Below are positions 1 to 7,969 of a stretch of 14,757 nucleotides of DNA, one piece after another; position 1 is the stretch's first letter, and each line of letters begins with the position of its first letter. Both the position numbers and the translations under genes were made by a program. Location: the NCBI RefSeq assembly GCF_006345805.1, contig NW_021825654.1:1-14757 (forward strand). Direction: 5' to 3'. This DNA comes from Octopus sinensis. Taxonomy: Eukaryota. The notes below the pieces were generated by a model. It saw only the letters and a program-made list of their open reading frames with translations, had not been told where the DNA came from and did no database searches.

Positions 1-52
1 TATGTATGTATGTATGTATGTATGTATTATGTATGTTGTATGTCTCACTTAT

Positions 53-86
<34 letters not shown>
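1..86. repeat. Compound microsatellite (TATG)n then (ATCT)n
   Basis: Read directly: TATG units at 1-42 and ATCT units at about 54-86. Confidence 0.95.
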
Positions 87-87
<1 letters not shown>

Positions 88-188
88 AATTTGAAATGGA
101 TGAGAATTGTATTAATTTAATTAACATCAATTTAACACCAGTGCTCTAGCATATAAAAACCTGAAGGTTCAGTAAATTGTATTTAAAT

Positions 189-384
189 CATATGAGAGGG
201 ATGACCACTATGTGGACAACCCTTATGCTCGAAGTAGATCCGCTATATAGTCTTACCACTAAGAAATGCTCTCAAGAAATTTAGTAAACACCTAAATTTT
301 TCTAGTGAACATTCTTAGTGGTTAGACCATAGCAGATCTACTTCTAGCATAAGCGTTGTCCATATAGTGGCCATCCCTCATATG
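189..384. mobile_element. 196-bp imperfect palindrome (foldback/MITE-like element)
   Basis: Left arm 189-284 (CATATGAGAGGGATGACCACTATGTGGACAAC...AAATTTAG) is the reverse complement of right arm 292-384 (CTAAATTT...GTTGTCCATATAGTGGCCATCCCTCATATG). Manual alignment gives about 10 mismatches and 4 small indels, with a 7-nt loop TAAACAC. TA at 191-192 and 381-382 could be a TA target-site duplication. The palindrome is seen directly; the MITE call is inference. Confidence 0.7.
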
Positions 385-391
385 TATATAA

Positions 392-640
<249 letters not shown>

Positions 641-788
641 GTATATGTGCTCTGCTGTAGCTGTATGCTCGTAGAAGCCCGCACACATGAACTGCACTAA
701 ATCCAGATTAAGACTATAAATAATACAAGAACAAAAAATGTAACAACAACAAAGACAAAAATTTATAAAAAAAAGAAAAGCAATATCA

Positions 789-1097
789 ACACACACACTC
801 CAACACACACACACACTCACACACATACACACACGCACTCACACCCACACACCCACACACACACACACTTACACACAAACATACACTCTCACACACACAA
901 ATGAAACAAAACAAAAATCAAAGCAGAGTAGCATCGCTGTTTTCCCAGCATGACATGCCTCTGATCTCTATTATGTACACACACACACACACACACACTT
1001 ATACACACACTCATACACACACACACGTATACATACATACATACACACGCACATACACAGACACACATACACCACACATACACACACACACAAATGG

Positions 1098-1135
<38 letters not shown>
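789..1135. repeat. Degenerate (CA)n tracts with (TA)n
   Basis: (CA)n at 789-900 and 977-1092; (TA)n at 1100-1128. Confidence 0.93.
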
Positions 1136-1136
<1 letters not shown>

Positions 1137-1402
1137 TATGCATTTTTATTTCTTTTCTCTGAGACCACAGCCGCCAAATGGAATGTAAAAGCTTATTGTC
1201 TTTTGGAACAAAAGACTCGAAAACCCGAACAACGTCAATGGCGTGGCCTGCTTTACTCCGTAATGGGCGCGAAGCTGAGTTAAGTGACTGTCTCAAACTG
1301 CCTGCAGCCTTTAGGAAATCGATATAAAGCGGGTTTTCCACTTGGTAGTAAGAGTCAGTCCTAAATAAACCAAGATCCTTCTCAAATCTTTAGACCTGTA
1401 CG

Positions 1403-1406
1403 ATAC

Positions 1407-1438
<32 letters not shown>

Positions 1439-1460
1439 ATATATATAATACACATATATT
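1403..1460. repeat. (TA)n microsatellite
   Basis: Read directly. Confidence 0.93.
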
Positions 1461-1568
1461 TATTTTTATTTTTTTTGTATTTTTAGTTCAATTGTTCTTT
1501 TATTACTGGTTTTTTTTTAATGTGGTCCAGGGATGAAGAGGTTAAAAGGGAGTTGGAGTTGGGTTCAA

Positions 1569-1925
1569 TTCTTCTTCTTCTTCTTCTTCTCTTCTTCTTC
1601 TCTTCTTCTCTTCCTCCTCCTCCTCCTCCTCCTCCTCCTCCTCCTCCCCTCCCCCTCCTCCCCTCCCCCTCCTCCATCTTCTTCTTCTTCTTCTTCTTCT
1701 TCTTCTTCTTCACTCCCCTCTTCCTCCCGTCCTCCTCCCATCCTCCTCCCATCCTCCTCCTCCTCCTCCACCCCTACTCATCTTCTTCTTCTTCTTCTTC
1801 ATCCCCTTCCTCCCGTCCTCCTGTCCTCCTCCTCCTTCTCTTCTTCTTTTTCTGCTTTTTCTTCTTCATCTTCTTCTTTTTCTCCCCTTCTTCTTTTCCT
1901 CCTCCTCTTGCCCTCCTCCTTCTTG
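1569..1925. repeat. (CTT)n/(CCT)n polypyrimidine tract
   Basis: About 350 bp almost entirely C/T; explains ORFs 1483..1752, 1520..1942, 1533..1955 and 1565..1771. Confidence 0.96.
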
Positions 1926-2170
1926 AGTGTTTTTGTTTTTAACCTTTTTTTTTAAAACTTTTATTTGTTCGTTTCTATAGGTTATCCTTTATTTTATGTT
2001 TTATTTTTTCTCTTGTCAATTCGTCTTGTTTCTTACATCAACTCTGTATTCTATCTTCTATCTACATTCTCCATCGAACTGCGTCATATTCTACTTTCGT
2101 TTAGTGCACTGTTTATCGCTTTATATCTACTATCACCTAAATTTTGTTTGGAATTGTCCTGATTGATGCT

Positions 2171-2409
2171 CTCTTTACTCTTTTACTCTTTTACTCTTTT
2201 ACTTGTTTCAGTCATTTGACTGCGGCCATGCTGGAGCACCGCCTTCAATCGAGCAACTCGACCCCGGGACTTATTCTTTTGTAAGCCCAGTACTCATTCT
2301 ATCGGTCTCTTTTGCCGAACCGCTAAGTAACGGGGACATAAACACACCAGCATCGGTTGTCAAGCAATGCTAGGGGTACAAACACAGACACACAAACACA
2401 CACACGCAT

Positions 2410-2464
<55 letters not shown>

Positions 2465-2627
2465 TACGACGGGCTTCTTTCAGTTTCCGTCTACCAAATC
2501 CACTCACAAGGCTTTGGTCGGCCCGAGGCTATAGTAGAAGACACTTGCTCAAGGTGCCACGCAGTAGGACTGAACCCGGAACCATGTGGTTGGTAAACCA
2601 GCTACTTACCACACAGCCACTCCTTGC
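2171..2627 (-). mobile_element. tRNA-derived SINE family A, copy 1 (octopus OK/OR-type SINE)
   Basis: The minus-strand head carries an A-box-like TGGCTGTGTGGT (2608-2619) and a B-box-like GGGTTCAGTCC (2567-2577). It has an internal (CA)n(TA)n and an (AAGAGTA)n-like tail at 2171-2205. It is near-collinear with 12902-13402 and related to 10633-11012. The family name is from recall only. Confidence 0.9.
2567..2619 (-). promoter_or_regulatory. Internal RNA Pol III type-2 promoter (A and B boxes) of SINE A copy 1
   Basis: A-box-like and B-box-like motifs at tRNA-like spacing on the minus strand. Confidence 0.7.
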
Positions 2628-2679
2628 TTTTTTTTTCGACTGCTGTTATTATAGTTAATATTAATAAAACTTCATATAA

Positions 2680-2889
2680 GGTGGAAAGCTGTTAGAATCA
2701 TTAGCGTGCCGGGAAAACTACTTAACGGTATTTCTCCTAACTTTATGTTCAGGGTTCAAATGACGCTGGAGTAGACTTCGCCTTCCATCCTTTCGGGGTC
2801 GTTAAATACGTACCAGTTAAATACTGGAGTCGAAATAACAGACTTGATCCTTCCTCACCTTAAATTGCTGGCCTTGTGCCATTATTATT
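2680..2889 (+). mobile_element. tRNA-derived SINE family B, diverged near-full copy
   Basis: Head ...AGAATCATTAGC..., B-box-like GGGTTCAAAT (about 2752-2761), body CCATCCTTTCGGGGTCG...GGCCTTGTGCC, short (ATT)n tail. Aligns with 2905-3007, 8415-8607 and 10317-10508. Confidence 0.8.
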
Positions 2890-2904
2890 GAAAACTCTAC
2901 ATAA

Positions 2905-3007
2905 AGCAGAATCATTAGCTTGCCGAACTAAAATGCTTAGCGACATTTCTACCGTACTTTACGTTCTGAGTTCAAATTCAGTCGAAGTCAACTTTGCCTT
3001 TCATCCT
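2905..3007 (+). mobile_element. SINE family B, 5' half only
   Basis: GCAGAATCATTAGC...AAAATGCTTAGCG...TTCTGAGTTCAAATTC...ACTTTGCCTTTCATCCT matches the head of the other B copies and then stops. Confidence 0.8.
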
Positions 3008-3106
3008 AACAGAAAGAATTATTAAAAATCTCATAGCTGAAGCGAAAAAAAGTTAAATGAAGAGAAATGTTACACTTCGTTAAACATAAATTTACCACTC
3101 AAGAGA

Positions 3107-3171
<65 letters not shown>

Positions 3172-3272
3172 ATACTGCTGCTGCTGCTACTACTACTACT
3201 ACTACTACTACTACTAATACTGCTGCTGCTGCTACTACTACTACTACTACTACTAATGATGATGATGATGAT
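3107..3272. repeat. (TAC)n microsatellite with (TGC)4 interruptions, then (GAT)n
   Basis: Read directly; explains the poly-L/S/V ORFs at 3067-3317. Confidence 0.96.
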
Positions 3273-3340
3273 TTCATCTATTTGCCACAAGGGTGAAAGA
3301 TGAGGGGGACAATACAAAGACAGACATAAAGTGTGGGGAT

Positions 3341-3790
3341 TTACATATTATGTAATGTCTTGGTATAATAGATGGGTTACAGCAAATATACTGCTCAAAT
3401 ACCACAGATCTGTTTGTCGGTTGTTTGACCATGACCAATTGAGCATGTCCCTTAGTGGCTGACGATGGGTGCATCTGTGACCACGAGTAGAAATAGTGGG
3501 GGAGCATCATAGCCATGTATTGAGAGAATTCTTTGGGTTTTGGATAATTAACTCCTGGAAACATTCAATATCATTTAGCAACACTTATTTAGGAACCTTT
3601 TGAATGGATTAGGCTACTTAATCTGGAGAAAATTCAAACTGAGCCTTACCTGCAAAGTCATGCGTTTTTTTATCTTGATATAAGATCACCATGTTTTGCA
3701 AATATGGTTGTGATGTCTATTGTACCCTTATCAGACGGGTAGTCATGATGGGTACATTTGTTCCACTTTGAAAGCATGCACTACTCTCTC
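3341..3790. mobile_element. Unclassified interspersed repeat family D, copy 1
   Basis: Reverse complement of 4341-4860. Exact shared blocks include 3494-3518 = rc(4623-4647) and 3731-3753 = rc(4403-4425). A further fragment lies at 8825-8957. Class and sense orientation were not determined. Confidence 0.85.
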
Positions 3791-3802
3791 TCTCTCTCTC
3801 TC

Positions 3803-3837
<35 letters not shown>

Positions 3838-3863
3838 TAATAATAATATTGATAATAATAATA

Positions 3864-3938
<75 letters not shown>

Positions 3939-3951
3939 TAATATTAATAAT
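3784..3951. repeat. Compound microsatellite (CT)n(TCAA)n(ATA)n
   Basis: Read directly. Confidence 0.95.
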
Positions 3952-4262
3952 AACAAGAGCACTCAGAGAGCGCAAACCTCCGTTAAGGCAACATCACTGT
4001 CCTCTTAACGATTAGCCGGAAATAAATTCGGCTGCTCTCACAAACAAGAATACAAAAAATGAACCTGACCACTCTCAAAAATTAAGTTAAAGCCGGAAAA
4101 ATAACCCTGAATCCTTGTCCGATACCGCATCGATCCCCAAATCTAATCAGTTCGTACCACTCACGAAGCAAAACATTCCTGAAAGTTTCATCCGAATCCA
4201 TCCAGCGGTTCTTGAGATATTTTGTCCACCGACAAACAAACGAACAAAGAAGCAAACAAACG
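3952..4262 (+). mobile_element. Probable Helentron-associated non-autonomous element (HINE/DINE-1/Pearl-like), 3' end missing
   Basis: Starts AACAAGAGCACTCAGAGAGCGCAAACCTCCG immediately after an (ATA)n run. Contains CCTGAAAGTTTCATCCGAATCCATCCAGCGGTTCTTGAGATATTTTG followed by an (ACAA)n tetranucleotide tract (4232-4261), an architecture I recall for this class. No 3' hairpin is visible. Confidence 0.55.
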
Positions 4263-4266
4263 CAAC

Positions 4267-4339
4267 GTCATTGTCATCGTCATCGTCATCGTCATCGTCA
4301 TGTCATCGTTATTGTTATTATTATTGTTATTATTATTAT
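4267..4339. repeat. (GTCATC)n then (TTA)n microsatellite
   Basis: Read directly. Confidence 0.9.
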
Positions 4340-4340
4340 C

Positions 4341-4856
4341 GAGTGAGAGAGCAGTGCATGCCATCAAAGTGACACTGGGGTAAAATATACAAAGCTCAGT
4401 ACACCCATCATGACTACCCGTCTGATAAGTGTACACTAGGCACATGCATCACAACCATGTGTGCGCGACGTGGTAATCTCATATCAAGATAAACAGCACA
4501 TGACCTTGCAGGTGGGGCCCAGTTAGAATTTTCTTCTGGTCGAGTAGCCCATCCCGCTCAAAAGGTCCGTGAATAAGGGTTGCTTAAGGATGTTGAACGA
4601 AACCCAAAGAATCCCTCTCAACACATGGCTATGATGCTCCCCCACTACTTCTGCTCGTGATCAGAGATGTACACATCGTCAGACATTAAGGGACATGCTC
4701 AACTGGTTAAGGTCAAATAACTGACAAGAAAATCTGTGGTATTGAGCAGAATATTTGATGTAGCCCATCTTTTATACCAAGACAAAACAATGTACATGAT
4801 AACACTTCCAATCAGTTAAGATTAGAAGCCAATCAGTTAAGACCAGAAGCCAATCA

Positions 4857-4860
<4 letters not shown>
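4341..4860. mobile_element. Unclassified repeat family D, copy 2 (inverted relative to copy 1)
   Basis: About 85% identical to rc(3352-3525) by manual alignment of about 175 bp. Ends in a 21-bp tandem triplication (4808-4860). Confidence 0.85.

Positions 4861-4893
<33 letters not shown>
4858..4893. repeat. (TTA)n microsatellite
   Basis: Read directly. Confidence 0.95.
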
Positions 4894-4894
<1 letters not shown>

Positions 4895-4895
<1 letters not shown>

Positions 4896-5760
4896 TTTCT
4901 ACGTTGAATTTCCGGATATTCAACTTTTTACAGAAAAAAAATTAAAAAAAGTTATAGAGGGTTAAAGTCTGATCATTTTTACCCAGTTAGAAAGCAGGAT
5001 TTGGTAGCTGTCGTTTTGTGCGTGACTACACGAATAGCCAGCATTCTGAAAATAGCATGTATTTTAATAAGAAACTATAAGCAAATCAAATTCTGCTTTA
5101 CGCACGACATATAACCACTCATAACTTTTTCAGTTTTGGAATTTTCAGAAAATCTCTGTGAATTTATATTCTGCACACAAGAATTCGTACGATTATGCAA
5201 AAACAAAAAACTAGAAATTTTGGGTGCGTGATTTAAAGCCTATAAGCTGTTATTTTTAGTACATCTCTCGATCAGGGTACAAGCAAAGATGGGCACAAAC
5301 AGCAGAGCACAGCGTCAACGCATGTGGCTTCGCGTAGAATATATTTGTCAACATGTGAGTTTTCTTGCAGACAAAAGAGTTCTCATGTTTGGCTTGTTAC
5401 TATGAAAACAGGCATGAATGTGTCTGTGGCTTACAATTGGCTAAAGTTATCCAAAATTTACAAACTTTAAAAGCTCTTAGCTTTTCATTGATTGATTTAT
5501 ATAGCGAAAATGAATTTCATGTCAATGATTACCATACGAAATTACATCATTACACCAAATATGAAATCATTTGGAGTAAAAATTGAAGAAATTGAAAAGA
5601 TGCAGCCCAATTTTTTCTGGAAGACACCGATTTTTTTCTGAAAAATAACTGTGCTTTCCTTTTACCTGTGCACTGTTTTTGCTGGTGAGTTCCTTTTTTG
5701 TCTTAACTCCTTCTATTTCTTGGGCAACTTGCTGAAATTGATTTCTCACGTGGAAGAAAA
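4895..5760. mobile_element. Possible decayed non-autonomous DNA-transposon sequence
   Basis: A weak inverted match links AAAAAGTTATAGAGGGTTAAAGTC (about 4945-4968) with rc of about 5105-5130 (AAAAAGTTATGAGTGGTTATATGTC). MITE-like subterminal motifs occur near 5550-5600. No clear TIR or TSD. Confidence 0.3.
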
Positions 5761-5930
5761 GTTTCGATTTTTGGTCAATGGCAACAATCGATGGTGATCC
5801 AGGTGCTAATGTGAGAGGGGGAGAGATAGGATGAGAGTTATATGACGATGAAATAAGAGGGTGATAGCGTTTTGCTTGCTGACGTTGCTACTGGGAAAGG
5901 TAGCAAGCTGGCAGAACGGAGAGAAGACTC

Positions 5931-6012
5931 TACCACCACCACCACCACCACCACCACCACCACCACCATTACCAACAACACCACCATCACCGTCACCATC
6001 ACCATCACCATC
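5931..6012. repeat. (ACC)n/(ACCATC)n microsatellite
   Basis: Read directly. Confidence 0.92.
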
Positions 6013-6361
6013 AGCCGTCCAAGAATTTGGACCTGGAGATCTCCATTTCCAGCAACTTCGAGGGCCACCTCCCAGTGGTGTCGGGCGTCAACGAAGAGCC
6101 CTCGACTACAAGTCGCCCAAAGTTTTTTTCCAAGGTCTGGGGTCTCCCGTCCCTAAGCCCTAGATCATCACCTAATCACCCTTACTCGACTTGTTGCTTA
6201 ACAACAACAACCATCACCATTAAAACGACCACCTCCATCAAAACCGCCTACATAGCAACCACCTCTGCCTCTATAGCCGAGACCACTACCAACAACAACA
6301 GAAACAATAACAACAGCAGGATTTTGATGGAGAATTTAAAGTAAGCAGTATTGCTGCAATA

Positions 6362-7050
6362 AACATGAAAAAGAGAGGAAAATAAACAAAAAGGAAAGAA
6401 AAGGGAAATAATTCACAGCTACAATGCTCTTCTCAATACATGCGACGTATCAATTAAAACAAACTTTTGTACTTCTTGTATGGACGGTAAACCAGGGATC
6501 ATCCACAAATAATTTTCAGTTCTTATTTTGCTCATTCCAAGTGTTCCTACAATCACTGGTATTTTAACCGTAATGCTATGCACATATTTTCGATTTCAAT
6601 CAACAAATCTATATGCTTTCTGAGCTTATCAAATTATTTTGCCGAGATATTATGATCACAAGGTATGCTCATGTCAATCAATAAACAGACTTTATTGTTT
6701 TGGTCTTTCACAACAATATCTGGTTTATTAGCTTTGGTGATCTGGTCTGTATTTACTGAAAAGTCTTAAAGAATCGTTACATTTTCTCCCTTAGTTACAG
6801 CCTCAGAGTGGTGCTTGTAATGTTTATCTGCGGATTTGATTTTATTATGCCGTTATATTAACCAGTGTAGATATTGGCTAACACTGTTATGTTTTGATTT
6901 ATACCCTATTGGTGCAAAAACTTTACACCCATAGATTAGGTAGTCCACTGTTTCAATATCATCGTTGTAGTAACGGCACTTTGAGTCTACTCCTAGTGTT
7001 GTTGCACCAGGGTTTTTCTTTTTAATGATAGTAATGAATGGGTATTTGAT
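6362..7050 (-). mobile_element. 5'-truncated R4/Dong-type non-LTR retrotransposon relic, lineage 1 (CCHC + RLE domain)
   Basis: Manual minus-strand translation: DSKCRYYNDDIETVDYLIYGCKVFAPIGYKSKHNSVSQYLHWLI*...VTIL*DFSVNTDQITKANKPDIVVKDQNNKVCLLIDMSIPCDHNISAK*FDKLRK...(frameshift)...IPVIVGTLGM...MIPGLPSIQEVQKFVLIDTSHVLRRAL*. This is the decayed zinc knuckle plus PD..D..K restriction-like endonuclease. Stop at 6419-6421, followed by a pyrimidine-rich 3' UTR. Confidence 0.88.
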
Positions 7051-7305
7051 GGGTTCTTCGATGTCTCCTCAAATTTTCAAGTCTTCAGTGTTGTGCGACT
7101 GTTACTGTTTCCTTTTTTTGTCACTTCCTTATAGATTTTCGGCAGGTTAATTTCATTCATGCTCGAGTTGTGAGGAAGTAGAGTTGGATGTGAAGAAACG
7201 TGGCTTGCGCTCTCATGTGCCGTGCGTGTTAGTATGACATTTTATTTGCGTCTTTCTGCCTGTGTCGATTGGTGTCTCGAGAAGAATCTTTAAGGCTAGC
7301 TCGGT

Positions 7306-7563
7306 GGAGGTGCGTGGCTTAGTGGTTAGGGTGTCAGCACCATGATCGTAAGATTGTGGTTTCGATTCCTGGACCGGGCGACGCGTTGTGTTCTTGAGCA
7401 AAACACTTCATTTCACGTTGCTCCAGTCCACTCAGCTGGCAAAAATGAGTAACGCTGCGATGGACTGGCGTCCCATCCAACTGGGGAACACATACGTCAT
7501 AGAAAACGGGAAACCGGGCCCATGAGCCTAGCTAGGTTTGAAAAGGGCGCATTTATTATTATT
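7306..7563 (+). mobile_element. tRNA-derived SINE family C with CORE-like central domain (OR2-like)
   Basis: A-box TGGCTTAGTGG (7315-7325), B-box GGTTTCGATTCC (7358-7369), central GTTGTGTTCTTGAGCAAAACACTTCATTTCACGTTGCTCCAGTCCACTCAGCTGGCAAAAATGAG (7385-7449) resembling the CORE-SINE domain as I recall it, and a (TTA)n tail. Confidence 0.8.
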
Positions 7564-7969
7564 TAAACCTGGCTCAACAATATACTTCCAGTGCTAGGCT
7601 TTCGAATGTCGTGGTTATTCTTTACACGATCCTTTTATTTACACAAATGATCCCTTTTGCGTTGAGGGTTTGCATTTGGTGGTGATGGCGGCGAAGTTGC
7701 ATATGTTGTAGTTGTCGTTTTTGCGACTGTTATTGGTTGTTACTGCCGATGCTGCTCGTATTTCTGTCACTGTTTTCGACGGCTACAGCGGTTGTAGCGA
7801 TGGCAGTGCCATCTGTTGAAGACGCCAATTTTCTAATATACTATTTCCTTCTCTGCCATTCGTCACTAGCACCACCATCAAAATCACCGGAGCTGACGTT
7901 ATTAGTTTTGGTGGTAGTGGTTGGGTCTAAGTGGTGGGAAGGTTGGCGGTCGTAACGTCGCGACTCTTG

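Noticed and set aside
1486-1570. Possible Penelope GIY-YIG tail (LDHIKKKPVIKEQLN), and a Penelope-like CTGAAGATGAG end near 10558
   Set aside because: Too short and degenerate to support; the poly-K comes from a T-run.
1960-2165. Strong acceptor-like TTTCTATAG|G at 1980/1981 and ORF 1965..2162
   Set aside because: The downstream sequence is T-rich low complexity with no recognisable product and no convincing donor.
6200-6300. Minus-strand Gly/RGG-like peptide GSGLGYRGRGGCYVGGFDGGGRFNGDG
   Set aside because: It ends in a stop after about 30 codons with more stops downstream; best explained as a decayed (GGT)n repeat.
6405-6515. Apparently conserved peptide NALLNTCDV..KT.FCTSCMD.KPGII shared with ORF 8650..8907, initially looking like paralogous host exons
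   Set aside because: The opposite strand gives the C-terminus of the R4-type RLE ORF (IPGL.S.QEVQK..L..T.HVLRRAL), contiguous with 600 bp of further RLE coding. The peptide is an antisense shadow.
7306-7375. tRNA gene candidates at the SINE heads (also 2560-2625, 2685-2765 and 13330-13400)
   Set aside because: A and B boxes are present, but I could not form acceptor and anticodon stems, and each head continues into a SINE body.
7737-7955. Signal-peptide-like ORF MLLVFLSLFSTATAVVAMA and a TM-like frame at 7680-7800
   Set aside because: Hydrophobic runs arise automatically from (GTT/GCT)-rich degenerate repeats, and there is no supporting splice or promoter context. This also tempers the 5848-6346 finding.
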